This document shows positions 1-10,326 of a stretch of DNA of 64,000 nucleotides, piece after piece. A model generated the notes under the pieces. It ran no database searches. It saw only the letters and a program-made list of their open reading frames with translations, and had not been told where the DNA came from. The position numbers and the translations under genes were made by a program. Source of the DNA: an uncultured Desulfospira sp. (GTDB lineage: Bacteria > Desulfobacterota > Desulfobacteria > Desulfobacterales > Desulfobacteraceae); contig OY760175.1 of assembly GCA_963663165.1 (NCBI GenBank), positions 5,920,001 to 5,984,000 of the forward strand, given 5' to 3'. Every line of letters begins with the position of its first letter. The first letter of the stretch is position 1.

Positions 1-1645
1 CCCCGCCGATCATTCTGGCCAGTTCCTGAACCCGTTCCTGCTCGGATTTAAGGGGAACAATGGCGGTGGCGGTCCGGCCATCGGATACCTGTTTTGAAAT
101 TTTAAACTGGAAATGGCCGTATCCGGCAATCTGGGCCTGGTGGGTGATGCAGATGACCTGGTGCCGTCCGGAAAGTTCCTTGAGTTTGAGCCCCACCTTT
201 TCGCTGGTGGCTCCGCCGATGCCGGCGTCCACTTCATCAAAAATCAGGGTCTCCATGGACTGGCCTTTTGACAGGGCCGCTTTCAGGGCCAGGACAATGC
301 GGGACAGTTCCCCGCCGGAGGCAATTTTGGCCAAAGGCTTTAAATCCTCGCCGGGGTTGGGGCTGAGCAGGAACTGGACCTTGTCCATGCCCGTTGAAAA
401 GATTTTCTCCCTGTTTTCGGTGGTGATGTCCTGGGGAGAATCAGACCGGTGCGTGGCAAAGTTTACCCTGAACCGGGCATTGCCCATTTCCAGGGCGCCA
501 AGTTCCTGTGCGGCAAGTTCCGAAAGGCTTTGGCCGGCCTCAATTCTTTTCTGGGACAGCGCCCGGGCTTTGTCCCGGATGAGTTTTTGAACCTCGGTTT
601 GCCGGGCTTCAAGATCCCGGATCCGGCCTTCCATATCCTGTCCTCTTTCCAGGGTCTGTTTCAGGGTTTCATACTGTTCAAACAGGGCCGGAAGGCTTCC
701 CCCGTATTTTCGTTTAAGCTTGGATATTAAATCCAGGCGCTGGGCCACCTGTTCAATGGACTGGGGATCAAGGTCAATGGCGGCGCCATAATCCCTGAAC
801 CCTGTGGCCAGATCCTGAAGTTCAAAAACAATGGAATCCAGCTTTTGTGACATGGCGGACAGGTCCGGGTCAGCAGAGGCGAACCGGTCAATGTCCGATC
901 TGATCCGGGACAGCTTTTCAATAATGGCGCCCTCCCTGTCATAGATCTCATGCACGGCCCCGTTCACCGCTTCAAATATTTTGGCCGCATTGGCCAGCCG
1001 GTCTTTCTGGTTTAAAAGATCCATATCTTCATCGGGTTCTATGGCGGCGGCCTCAATTTCATCCACCTGGAACCGGATAAACTCTTTTTCCTGGTCCTGC
1101 TTTTCAAGGGCTTGTTTTAAATTTTGGATTTCCTGCTTTAAAGGGGTCAGGGTGTTGTAAAGGGATTCAACTTCTTTTCTTAGGGGCAGGGTGCCGGCAA
1201 ATTCGTCTAGAATATCCAGGTGGTTTTCTTCTTTGAGCAGGCCCTGGTGGGCGTGCTGGCCGGCAATGGCCGCAAGGTTTTGGGTCACTTTTTTGAGCAG
1301 GTCCATGGTGGACGGCTGGTCGTTGATATAAATCCGGCCTTTGCCGGAACTGGCAATAAGCCGTCTGACCATCAGGCCTTCGCTTGGATCCATGCCCTGG
1401 TCTTTCATGATGGCCGCGGCCTCGGAACCCGGGGCAATGTCAAATACGGCCTGAAGTTCTGCGGTTTCCTCCCCGGTCCTGACAAGATCTGAGGATGCCC
1501 TGGCCCCTAAAAGCAGGTTGACCGCCTGAATAATGATGGACTTGCCGGCCCCGGTTTCTCCGGTCAGGACGGAAAACCCCGGGGCAAAAGAAATGGTGAT
1601 ATCGTCAATGATTGCAAATTTTTTTATGGCAATTTCGCTTAGCAT
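1..1645 (-). CDS. recN: DNA repair protein RecN (3' end runs off window)
   Basis: Manual translation from ATG at 1645: MLSEIAIKNFAIIDDITISFAPGFSVLTGETGAGKSIII (Walker A); C-terminal VICITHQAQIA...ERVQELARMIGG. Missing from the ORF track because its stop is outside the window. Confidence 0.95.
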   Translation of the reverse strand, partial: MLSEIAIKKFAIIDDITISFAPGFSVLTGETGAGKSIIIQAVNLLLGARASSDLVRTGEETAELQAVFDIAPGSEAAAIMKDQGMDPSEGLMVRRLIASSGKGRIYINDQPSTMDLLKKVTQNLAAIAGQHAHQGLLKEENHLDILDEFAGTLPLRKEVESLYNTLTPLKQEIQNLKQALEKQDQEKEFIRFQVDEIEAAAIEPDEDMDLLNQKDRLANAAKIFEAVNGAVHEIYDREGAIIEKLSRIRSDIDRFASADPDLSAMSQKLDSIVFELQDLATGFRDYGAAIDLDPQSIEQVAQRLDLISKLKRKYGGSLPALFEQYETLKQTLERGQDMEGRIRDLEARQTEVQKLIRDKARALSQKRIEAGQSLSELAAQELGALEMGNARFRVNFATHRSDSPQDITTENREKIFSTGMDKVQFLLSPNPGEDLKPLAKIASGGELSRIVLALKAALSKGQSMETLIFDEVDAGIGGATSEKVGLKLKELSGRHQVICITHQAQIAGYGHFQFKISKQVSDGRTATAIVPLKSEQERVQELARMIGG

Positions 1646-2579
1646 AGAATCTCCAGGCACAGGAAAGCGCTGAAAAAAGCCAGGCCGCAACCAGGGCGGC
1701 AATCAGCCGGGGCACCCAGAGCCAGAACACCGGAAGCCCCAGCGGCAGGAAAAGGGCAGGGTCTTCTATCATGGCATGGTTGACCCCAAGGGACAGGTGA
1801 AGCCGGGTTAAGTCGGTTTTGCTGTAATGATTTGTCCGGGTTTCTTCCACAATCACCGCTGCCCCGTATGCCAGCCCGAACACGGCACCGGTCAGCCAGA
1901 GCATGCCGCAGGACCGGTTCAGCCCCAGGATGGACAGCACCGGCGCGAATATAACGGTAATGGGCCGGATAATGTTAAAATGTTTTGCCAGTTCAATGGC
2001 CACCATCAGGGGCATGATGATACAGAAAATCTGGATGGTCAGTTTCACGGCCCCGGCGGCCCAGTCAAGGACCATGGCGGTAAAGGTGCCGGACCCGGAA
2101 GCCGCCAGTCCCATGGCGGCGGTTTCACCGGTTCCGGGGGTAGTGCCCATAATTTTGGCGCAGACCGCAGTAACCCCAAAGGCCATGGCCAGCCGGAAAG
2201 TCCCGGCCAAAAAGGGGTTGAGCCCTGAATTGCCCTGGACAATGCTTTCCTGGATCAGGTTATGGGAGATCAGGGTAAAAATGGCCATAAGGGTCATGTG
2301 ATCCATGGCAAAGGGCATGACGGAAAGGGCCGCCACCGTGCCGTATATACCGGTAAATATGCCAATCACAAGGACCAGGGCAGCGGATGCCGGAAGCCCC
2401 ATGAGGGTCATTAAAGGGTCTAACAGAAAGTTGAGTTTGTAAATCAGGCCGAAATGAACCAGAAGGGCCGTTAAAAACGAGACAGGAATTAAAATTTTTA
2501 ACAGCCAGATCAGCCCCTGCCAGCCTTTTTTCAGGCCTGTCAGGATGCAGCCGGCGGTTCCTTTGGTGTCATTTGCCAT
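1605..2579 (-). CDS. Nucleoside-recognition (Gate) domain membrane protein
   Basis: Multi-TM protein with two Gate-like halves (FLLDPLMTLMGLP..., FAPVLSILGL...GLAYGAAVIVEE). Start moved to MANDTK at 2579 to minimise overlap with the upstream gene. Confidence 0.7.
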   Translation of the reverse strand: MANDTKGTAGCILTGLKKGWQGLIWLLKILIPVSFLTALLVHFGLIYKLNFLLDPLMTLMGLPASAALVLVIGIFTGIYGTVAALSVMPFAMDHMTLMAIFTLISHNLIQESIVQGNSGLNPFLAGTFRLAMAFGVTAVCAKIMGTTPGTGETAAMGLAASGSGTFTAMVLDWAAGAVKLTIQIFCIIMPLMVAIELAKHFNIIRPITVIFAPVLSILGLNRSCGMLWLTGAVFGLAYGAAVIVEETRTNHYSKTDLTRLHLSLGVNHAMIEDPALFLPLGLPVFWLWVPRLIAALVAAWLFSALSCAWRFYAKRNCHKKICNH

Positions 2580-2748
2580 CGGAAGAGGTATCATCTTTGT
2601 CAATGTGTTTCTTGACGGTTTCATCCACCGTTGCATAGATGTCTTTAAAAGACTCATGAACACTGGAAGGGGACAGCCGGCCCATTTCAATAAACTTGAC
2701 AACGATTTCCTTGGCAACCCTTAATATTTGTTCATCTATGGATTTCAT
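2569..2748 (-). CDS. Small conserved hypothetical protein
   Basis: MKSIDEQILRVAKEIVVKFIEMGRLSP...; co-oriented head of the recN operon. Confidence 0.7.
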   Translation of the reverse strand: MKSIDEQILRVAKEIVVKFIEMGRLSPSSVHESFKDIYATVDETVKKHIDKDDTSSDGK

Positions 2749-2883
2749 GGGACTAGTGAATACCATGAAGCCCTGTTAAAGGTCAAGATGTTGAAATTGG
2801 ATTGATCTTGCCTAAAGCCGGAAAAAGGGTATAATATCCGCACATGTTTTTATTGGTTTTTTTTATAATTAATTTGCTTTTTA

Positions 2884-4071
2884 TTGGATGATATGGAAAA
2901 AGATAATAAAGAATCAAATATTCACTGCCTGGCATATGAGGGAAAAGAAATCATACTGATCGGTACGGCCCACGTATCCAGGCAGAGTGCAGAACTGGTT
3001 GAACAAAGTATTGTTGAGCGAAAGCCGGATACGGTCTGCGTCGAACTTTGTAATACCCGCCTTGGCGCCATCCGGGATACGGACCGGTGGCGGAATATGG
3101 ATATCATAAAGGTTATCAAAGAGAAAAAAGCGCTGATGCTGTTTATGAATCTGTTGCTGGCGTCGTTTCAAAAGAAGATCGCAGACAAGTTCCATGTAAA
3201 GCCGGGGCAGGAAATGATCAACGCCGTGAATACCGCTGAAACCATCAACGCCCAAATCGTCCCCTGTGACCGGGAAATCCAGACCACGCTTTCCCGGGTC
3301 TGGCGGGGCATGGGGTTCTGGGCGAAATTAAAACTTCTGGGCTCCATCGTGTTTTCGTTTGGGGAATCCGACGATATCAAGGAGGAGGACATTGAGCGGA
3401 TGAAGCAGGAAGATATTCTCAAAACCCTGCTGTCTGATGTTAAAAAGACCCATCCCATCATTGAGAAGGCCCTTATCGACGAACGGGACCAGTATCTGGC
3501 CAAGAGCATCCGTTCAGCCCCGGGAGAAAAGATTCTGGCCGTTGTGGGGGCGGCCCATGTTCCGGGAATAAAAAAATATATTACTGAAAATACTCCCATT
3601 GATCTTGACGAACTTGATATAAAGCCTGGGGGCGGCCCCTGGGGAAAGATCCTTAAATGGCTGATCCCTGCGCTTATTCTGGCATTGTTTGCGGCCGGGT
3701 TCATGATGGAAGGCAAAAATGCAGGGACCGACATGATATGGATCTGGGTGGCGGCCAACGGTATTTTTGCGGGGATCGGTGCCCTGGCGGCCCTGGCCCA
3801 TCCCTATACGATTTTGTCATCCATTCTGGCGGCGCCGCTGACATCCTTGAACCCCATGATTGCCGCAGGATGGGTGTCCGGACTGGTGGAGGCCATTTTC
3901 AGAAAACCCAAGGTCAAGGATCTGGAGGCCATACCAACTGACATTGTGACCGTAAAAGGCTTCTGGCGGAACAACGTCACACGGATTCTTCTGGTGGTGA
4001 TTTTTACCAATTTAGGATCATCCATCGGGACCATGACGGCGGTTCCCCTGATGCTCAAATTAATCAGTTAA
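2884..4071 (+). CDS. TraB/PrgY (pheromone shutdown)/GumN family protein
   Basis: LIGTAHVS, VCVELC, KPGQEM, LIDERD, VVGAAH motifs plus C-terminal TM helices. Confidence 0.9.
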   Translation: MDDMEKDNKESNIHCLAYEGKEIILIGTAHVSRQSAELVEQSIVERKPDTVCVELCNTRLGAIRDTDRWRNMDIIKVIKEKKALMLFMNLLLASFQKKIADKFHVKPGQEMINAVNTAETINAQIVPCDREIQTTLSRVWRGMGFWAKLKLLGSIVFSFGESDDIKEEDIERMKQEDILKTLLSDVKKTHPIIEKALIDERDQYLAKSIRSAPGEKILAVVGAAHVPGIKKYITENTPIDLDELDIKPGGGPWGKILKWLIPALILALFAAGFMMEGKNAGTDMIWIWVAANGIFAGIGALAALAHPYTILSSILAAPLTSLNPMIAAGWVSGLVEAIFRKPKVKDLEAIPTDIVTVKGFWRNNVTRILLVVIFTNLGSSIGTMTAVPLMLKLIS

Positions 4072-4103
4072 GAAAACCCTTAAAGATACGAAAGGGCATA
4101 ATT

Positions 4104-5315
4104 ATGGATGTATTTGTAGCACGCCAGCCTGTTTTCACAGCCAAGAAGAAGATTTTTGGGTATGAACTTTTATTTCGCCTCGGTCTTGAGAACGCCTTTC
4201 CCGATATTGACGGGGATACGGCAACCTCAAGCGTTCTGGCCAATACCTTTTTTTCGTTTGATCTCCATGAGATTCTTGGCGGGAAACCCGGCCTGGTCAA
4301 TTTCACCCGGAAACTGATCCTTGAAAAAATCCCTTTGATCTTCCCCAATGATCATATCATTATTGAGGTTTTAGAAAACATTGAACCGGAACCTGAAATT
4401 ATAGAGGCCTTAGAAGAATTTAAAAAGAGCGGGTTTCGGATTGCCCTGGATGATTTTGTTTACCAAGAAAAATTCAGGCCCATGATGGCCCTTTGCAACA
4501 TGATCAAATTTGATCTGATGGCCACGCCTTTAGACACCTTGGGGCCGCTGGTAGAGGAACTGAAAGCCAACACCAAGATCGTTCTTCTGGCAGAGAAGGT
4601 GGAAACCTACGAAGAGTTTGAACAGGCAAAGGAAATGGGCTTTACGCTCTTTCAGGGATATTTTTTCTCCAAACCGGAGATTTTGTCCAAAAAAGAAATT
4701 CCGCCCTCCCAGGCCACCAAACTCAAGCTGATCAATGAAGTCAGCCGGAAAGAACCTGAACTGGCGGTTGTAGAGGATCTGATTAAAAATGACGTGTCCG
4801 TTTCCTTTAAACTGCTCAAGTTCATGAATTCGGCCTATTTTCAAAGGGCCAATGCCATTGATACCATCAAAGATGCCCTGGTGGTCTTGGGGGTCGAAGA
4901 ACTGAAAAATTTTGTCAGTGTGGTGGTGGTATCGGATTTAAGCGAAAACAAGCCCGACGAACTGATCCGTTCTTCGGTGATCCAGGCCCGGATGTGCGAA
5001 CTTGTGGGGACCCATATGAAGACCGGGTTTACCAATGACGAACTGTTCACCATCGGCTTGTTTTCAACCATGGATGCCATCCTGGACCTTCCCATGGAGA
5101 CCATTTTAGAAGAGATCAGCCTGTCTGATAAAATCAAAAGTGCCCTGCTCGGCAAGAACAGCCAGTTTACACGGATTCATACCCTGGTGACCAGTTTCCA
5201 GAGAGGGGACTGGGAAAACCGGTTGTATAAGGTGCTTAAAGGGCAGAAAGTGATCGACAAGCTTCCGGAATTTTACCTGGATGCCGTTAAAATGGCCAAT
5301 TCGTTTTTTGAATAG
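4104..5315 (+). CDS. EAL + HDOD domain signalling protein (YuxH-like)
   Basis: ARQP..GYELLFR, IALDDF, AEKVET, FQGYFFSKP, then HDOD region (LLKFMNSA, LFTIGLFS). Confidence 0.9.
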   Translation: MDVFVARQPVFTAKKKIFGYELLFRLGLENAFPDIDGDTATSSVLANTFFSFDLHEILGGKPGLVNFTRKLILEKIPLIFPNDHIIIEVLENIEPEPEIIEALEEFKKSGFRIALDDFVYQEKFRPMMALCNMIKFDLMATPLDTLGPLVEELKANTKIVLLAEKVETYEEFEQAKEMGFTLFQGYFFSKPEILSKKEIPPSQATKLKLINEVSRKEPELAVVEDLIKNDVSVSFKLLKFMNSAYFQRANAIDTIKDALVVLGVEELKNFVSVVVVSDLSENKPDELIRSSVIQARMCELVGTHMKTGFTNDELFTIGLFSTMDAILDLPMETILEEISLSDKIKSALLGKNSQFTRIHTLVTSFQRGDWENRLYKVLKGQKVIDKLPEFYLDAVKMANSFFE

Positions 5316-5369
5316 CCGGCCGATAGCTTCCTTAACCTTAAAACTTTATGGTGTAAGACAAAAGGGTGC

Positions 5370-6092
5370 TTACAATAATCCTGTCGCAAATTTTTGAATA
5401 CAGGCCGGGTAAAGTTCCCACTCTTTAGCCAGCCCTTTTTGCTTAACGTCGTCTAAATCGTCGGTATCTTCGATTTCAAAGGCTTTCTGGCCGATGATGG
5501 GGCCGGTATCTTCGCCGTAATCGATAAAATGGACCGTACAGCCGCCGATTTTGCACCCGTACCGGAAGGTGTCGCCATACCCGTCGGTGCCGGGAAATGC
5601 GGGCAGCAGGGCCGGGTGGATGTTCATGATTTTGTACTGGCCTTTGACCGTGTTGATCCGGTCGATAAAATAGGGGGTCAGTACCCGCATGAATCCGGCC
5701 AGCACCAGCAGGTCTATCTCATGGGCCTGGATAAGGTCCAGCAGTTTTCTTTCGGCGATCACCCTGGATTTTAAAAAAAAATCAGCCCGGTCCACAGGCG
5801 CATCAGCGGATACCAGCCGCTGCTTTTCCCGAATTTCTGCCATGTTAAAATCAGCTGGCAGGTCTTTGTCGTTAATACCGGCCTTACAGTCCCGGATAAT
5901 TTGGGCATAGTCCACAACAAAGGTGTCAATGCCGGCATTTTTGGCCCGGTCAAGCCCCTTGACGCCGGGGGTGTCTGAACCGGTAAACAGAATCTGAGCG
6001 TCAATGTCTCCTGCCCTGCACGCATCAATGATGGCCTGAAGATTGGTTCCGCCCCCGGATATCAGGGTGCCCACCTTAATTTTTTTTGCCAT
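5370..6092 (-). CDS. purN: Phosphoribosylglycinamide formyltransferase
   Basis: LISGGGTNLQAII, LAGFMR, NIHPALLPAFPG, GCTVHF, DTGPII. Confidence 0.95.
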   Translation of the reverse strand: MAKKIKVGTLISGGGTNLQAIIDACRAGDIDAQILFTGSDTPGVKGLDRAKNAGIDTFVVDYAQIIRDCKAGINDKDLPADFNMAEIREKQRLVSADAPVDRADFFLKSRVIAERKLLDLIQAHEIDLLVLAGFMRVLTPYFIDRINTVKGQYKIMNIHPALLPAFPGTDGYGDTFRYGCKIGGCTVHFIDYGEDTGPIIGQKAFEIEDTDDLDDVKQKGLAKEWELYPACIQKFATGLL

Positions 6093-6108
6093 AAAAAACC
6101 TCCTTGAT

Positions 6109-6194
6109 TTTAGCTGTTAGCATTTGGCTTTTAGCCCTCAGCTGACTGGGGTTGTCCAAAAAGCTAAGAGCTAACAGCTAATGGCTAACAGCTG
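6109..6194. repeat. Heptamer-periodic inverted repeat (TTAGCTG / GCTAACA units)
   Basis: ttagctgttagcatttggcttttagc ... gctaagagctaacagctaatggctaacagctg. Confidence 0.7.
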
Positions 6195-6195
6195 T

Positions 6196-6417
6196 TCATT
6201 GATTCCCATACCCGTTCTGGGCGCCGCAGTCCGGGCACTGCCAGGTAATCCCGTTGCAGGTCATGCCCCACTGGTTTTCGTACATGCAGGTCTGGCAGAT
6301 GGAAAATCCGCACCGGCACTGCCAGCAGAACATGAACTGGCCGCCGCAGCAGTCACAATCCCTGCGTCGTTGTTGCCGTTTTTTTCTCTTTGCCTTCCCG
6401 GCTGGTTGGTTTGTCAT
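6196..6417 (-). CDS. Small Cys-rich (putative Zn-ribbon) protein
   Basis: CDCC, CRC, CQTC, CNG, CPDC motifs in 73 aa; co-oriented with purN. Confidence 0.7.
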   Translation of the reverse strand: MTNQPAGKAKRKKRQQRRRDCDCCGGQFMFCWQCRCGFSICQTCMYENQWGMTCNGITWQCPDCGAQNGYGNQ

Positions 6418-6493
6418 CTTGAATCTACCATTTTACTTAAAAAGATAGTATATATCCTTAAATTTGAAGAAAATTCAACCTGGAAACGAATTT

Positions 6494-9187
6494 ATGGCAA
6501 ATTTTAAAAAAATTTTTTTGATTGACGGCAGCGCGTTTTTATACCGGGCATTTCATGCCATCCGGAACCTGTCCACCTCTAAGGGGCATCCCACCAACGC
6601 CACGTTTGGCTTTACCCGCATCCTTTTAAAAATGCTAAGGGATAATGAACCGGAGTATGCGGTGCTGCTCTTTGATGCCAAAGGCCCGAACTTCCGCCAT
6701 GAAATGTATAAAGAATATAAGGCCCAGAGGCCTCCCATGCCTGAGGAACTGGCTGCCCAGATTCCGGATATCCGGCGGGTATCGGCGGCCCTGAACATTC
6801 CGGTGGTGGATAAACCAGGCTTCGAGGCTGATGACCTTGTGGGAACCTTTTCCCGCCTGGCCCAGGCCCAGGAGTTTGAGGTGGTCATGGTCACGGGGGA
6901 TAAGGATTTCATCCAGCTGGTTTCCGAAAAATGCAGCCTCTGGGACCCCATGAAAGACACCCGTACCGCATATGAGGATGTCAAAACTGACATGGGCATT
7001 GAGCCCCAACAGTTTATTGATGTGCTAGGCCTGGCCGGAGACACTTCGGACAACATCCCCGGGGTAAAGGGGGTGGGTCCGAAAACCGCCATAAAGCTGA
7101 TTGCTGAATTCGGTTCCATTGAAAATATTTATGAAAATTTAGAACAATTTGCCAAAAAAAAGAAACTTTACGAAAATTTAGCGGAATTTAAAGAACAGGC
7201 CTTTTTAAGCCGGGATCTGGCCACCATTGACTGCCAGGTGCCGGTCAGTGAAACCCTGGAAGATTTCAGGCTCAAACCCTTTGATAAAAAACAGGCCTTT
7301 GAAATTTTCAACGAACTTGAATTCAAAACCCTGGCATCGGAATTTGCCCATACCGCAGATAAGTCTGAAAAAAATTATAAACTGATCACCACGGTCCGGG
7401 ACATGGAAAAATTGGCCCAGGTCCTGAAAAACAAAAAGCGGTTTGCCGTTGATACGGAAACCACGTCCAAAAATCCCATGGAAGCGGACCTGGTGGGAAT
7501 TTCCTTTTCATACATGGAAAACAACGCCTTTTATATTCCCGTGGGACATGTTCAGGCGGATGATGACCCGGGAAAGATAGAACAGCCGGAAAAAGAAGAC
7601 ATTCTAAGGATTTTCAAGCCCATTCTTGAAGACCCGGGCCTTTTGAAGATCGGGCAGAATATCAAGTACGACTACATGGTGCTTTCCCGGTACGGCATCA
7701 CCATGAAGGGGATCTTTTTTGACACCATGATCGCCTCATACCTGCTCAACCCCTCCACCCGGGGGCACAGCCTGGACCAGATCGCCATGACCCTTTTCGG
7801 GTATAAGATGATTTCCTATGAGGAGGTGGCCGGCAAAGGCAAGGACCAGATCTGTTTTTCAAAGGTCCCCCTGGAAACGGCGGCGGAGTACGCCGCCGAG
7901 GACGCGGACATGACCTTTATGGCCTATGGGCAGTTGTCCGCGCAGATCCATGAAAAAGAGCTTGAGGACCTGTTCAACCGGATTGAAATCCCATTAATAC
8001 CGGTGCTGGGCGACATGGAGATGAGCGGGATAAAGGTTGACCGGGAGAATCTGGCCGTTCTGTCCACGACCTTTACCCAGGAACTTGCCGATCTGGAAAA
8101 ACAAATATACGAGCTTGCCGGAGAAGAGTTTAATATCAATTCTTCCCAGCAGCTGGGCACCATTCTGTTTGAAAAACTCGGGCTCAAGGCCGTGAAAAAG
8201 ACCCGGAAAAGAACCGGATACTCCACGGATGTCCAGGTCCTCACCACCCTGGCCAAGAGCCATGAGCTGCCAGAAAGGCTGCTGCGGTACCGGACCATCG
8301 GCAAGCTGTTGTCCACCTATGTCAACGCCCTTCAAAAGCTGATTCATCCTGAAACCGGGCGGATCCACACCTCGTTCAACCAGACCATCACGGTGACCGG
8401 AAGGCTCTCAAGCTCCAATCCCAACCTTCAGAATATCCCGGTCAGAAAACTTGAGGGCAAGAAAATCAGGAAAACCTTTATTCCTGAAGAGGGCCATACC
8501 CTGGTTTCGGCGGATTATTCCCAGATTGAGCTGCGCATCCTGGCCCATTGTGCCGATGATGCCATTTTAATCGAATCCTTTAACGAAGATGAAGATATCC
8601 ATGCCCGGACGGCCCGGGAGGTTTTTGAGGTTTTCCCCGAGTTTGTTACCGCGGATCTGCGCAACCAGGCCAAGGCCATTAATTTTGGGATTATCTATGG
8701 CATGGGGGCCTTTAAGCTGTCCAGCGAGCTGAACATCAGCCGAAAAATGGCCCAGACTTACATTGACAATTATTTTAAGCGGTACGCCGGGGTAAAGAAT
8801 TTTATCGACACCACCATTGCCCGGACCAAAGAGACCTGCGAGGTCACCACCATTTTCGGCCGGCGGCGGCGCCTGGACGATATCCGCTCATCCAACGCCA
8901 ACTTAAGAAACTTTGCCCAGCGGGCCGCTATCAATACCCCCATCCAGGGCAGTGCCGCCGATTTAATCAAGCTGGCCATGATCAAAATGGACCGGGCCCT
9001 TAAGGACCGGGGGCTCAAGTCAAGAATGCTGCTCTCGGTCCATGATGAAATCATCTTTGAGACCCCCGTGGATGAAAAAGAGGCTCTGGTAGATCTGGCA
9101 AGGGATGTGATGGAAAATGTCCATCCCCTGAAAGTCCCCTTAAAGGTGAACTTCGGATTCGGCGGCAACTGGGCCGAGGCCCATTAA
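6494..9187 (+). CDS. polA: DNA polymerase I
   Basis: LIDGS..YRAFHA 5'-3' exonuclease, DTET 3'-5' exonuclease, TGRLSS.NPNLQNIP, DYSQIELR, KAINFGIIYG, VHDE. Confidence 0.98.
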   Translation: MANFKKIFLIDGSAFLYRAFHAIRNLSTSKGHPTNATFGFTRILLKMLRDNEPEYAVLLFDAKGPNFRHEMYKEYKAQRPPMPEELAAQIPDIRRVSAALNIPVVDKPGFEADDLVGTFSRLAQAQEFEVVMVTGDKDFIQLVSEKCSLWDPMKDTRTAYEDVKTDMGIEPQQFIDVLGLAGDTSDNIPGVKGVGPKTAIKLIAEFGSIENIYENLEQFAKKKKLYENLAEFKEQAFLSRDLATIDCQVPVSETLEDFRLKPFDKKQAFEIFNELEFKTLASEFAHTADKSEKNYKLITTVRDMEKLAQVLKNKKRFAVDTETTSKNPMEADLVGISFSYMENNAFYIPVGHVQADDDPGKIEQPEKEDILRIFKPILEDPGLLKIGQNIKYDYMVLSRYGITMKGIFFDTMIASYLLNPSTRGHSLDQIAMTLFGYKMISYEEVAGKGKDQICFSKVPLETAAEYAAEDADMTFMAYGQLSAQIHEKELEDLFNRIEIPLIPVLGDMEMSGIKVDRENLAVLSTTFTQELADLEKQIYELAGEEFNINSSQQLGTILFEKLGLKAVKKTRKRTGYSTDVQVLTTLAKSHELPERLLRYRTIGKLLSTYVNALQKLIHPETGRIHTSFNQTITVTGRLSSSNPNLQNIPVRKLEGKKIRKTFIPEEGHTLVSADYSQIELRILAHCADDAILIESFNEDEDIHARTAREVFEVFPEFVTADLRNQAKAINFGIIYGMGAFKLSSELNISRKMAQTYIDNYFKRYAGVKNFIDTTIARTKETCEVTTIFGRRRRLDDIRSSNANLRNFAQRAAINTPIQGSAADLIKLAMIKMDRALKDRGLKSRMLLSVHDEIIFETPVDEKEALVDLARDVMENVHPLKVPLKVNFGFGGNWAEAH

Positions 9188-9204
9188 GCCTGGGGGATAA
9201 AAAA

Positions 9205-10035
9205 ATGGATATCACACAAAAGCGGATCGGCATTGTTATTAAAACTGAAGATGATGCCCAGGAAAAGGCCCGGGAACTGGTGTGCCGTCTCGGGCAAAGA
9301 TGCGTGGTCATCGACACCCTGTCGCAAAAGGCGATCCCCGAAGATCTGATCTGCCTCATGGTGCTGGGCGGTGACGGAACCTTTTTGAGCGTGGCCCGGT
9401 TTGTGGGCAAGCGGGACATTCCCCTGATGGGGATCAAGTTTGGCGAGGTGGGGTTTCTGGCCGAAACTACTGAAGACCATATTTATGAGGCCGTGGCGTC
9501 GATTTTTTCCGGGGATTATATTATCCAGGAGCGGACCCGCTTAGAGATTGAGGTGGTCCGGAAAGGAAGTCAGATTGTAAAGGGCGATGTCCTCAACGAT
9601 GCCGTGATCAACAAGGCGGCCCTGTCGCGGCTTGCCTCCTGTGCGGTTTATCTGGACGGCACCTACCTGACCACGTTCAGGGCCGATGGCCTGATCGTGG
9701 CCACCCCCACCGGGTCAACCGCCTATTCCCTGGCCGCCGGGGGCCCGGTGGTCCACCCGTCGGTCCCTTCCATTATCCTGACCCCCATCTGCCCCTTTAC
9801 CCTGACCAACCGCCCATTGCTGATTCCCGATTCCACTGATATTGAAATCCGGCTCGAGGGCAGCCCTGAAGACATGATCCTGACCCTGGACGGCCAGGAA
9901 GGGTTTAACATGGACCCCGGGGATACCATCTATATCAAGAAGAGTCCGCATCTGGTCCGGATGATTTCTTTTGAGAACCAGTCGTATTTTAAAGTATTGA
10001 AAACCCGGTTACATTGGAGCGGCGGCCGCAGCTGA
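9205..10035 (+). CDS. nadK: NAD(+) kinase
   Basis: LGGDGTFL, LND, DGLIVATPTGSTAYSLAAGGP. Confidence 0.95.
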   Translation: MDITQKRIGIVIKTEDDAQEKARELVCRLGQRCVVIDTLSQKAIPEDLICLMVLGGDGTFLSVARFVGKRDIPLMGIKFGEVGFLAETTEDHIYEAVASIFSGDYIIQERTRLEIEVVRKGSQIVKGDVLNDAVINKAALSRLASCAVYLDGTYLTTFRADGLIVATPTGSTAYSLAAGGPVVHPSVPSIILTPICPFTLTNRPLLIPDSTDIEIRLEGSPEDMILTLDGQEGFNMDPGDTIYIKKSPHLVRMISFENQSYFKVLKTRLHWSGGRS

Positions 10036-10152
10036 ATCTGCCTCCAGAAAACTCACATAAAGGCACAAAGTTTAAATTCTCTTTAGACTTCAGACGTTAG
10101 GCTTGTGCTGACCTTAGCATTCTCAAGTCTCAAGTCCCCCCATTTATCCGGT

Positions 10153-10257
10153 TCGACAAAATTGTCGAGAAATGGCGCCGAATGTCGAATTGCATCACAT
10201 CGAAATTGATTTAATATATTGATATTTAAGTGTATTTTATGTTGGCACACTCTTTGA
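10153..10257 (+). promoter_or_regulatory. Putative sigma54 promoter with enhancer palindrome and IHF site
   Basis: TCGACAAAATTGTCGA near-palindrome (10153-10168); IHF consensus WATCAANNNNTTR on minus strand (10212-10224); TGGCACACTCTTTGA -24/-12 box (10243-10257). The operon ends with a sigma54 activator. Confidence 0.7.
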
Positions 10258-10326
10258 TTTAAATCATGGTGTCTGTTGTTGGTTTTGGACTGTTTTGTGA
10301 ACGAATGTTTAAATCAGGAGGCAAAA

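Noticed and set aside
2884..4071. Conjugation gene (TraB)
   Set aside because: TraB/PrgY/GumN family housekeeping-type protein; no conjugation genes nearby.
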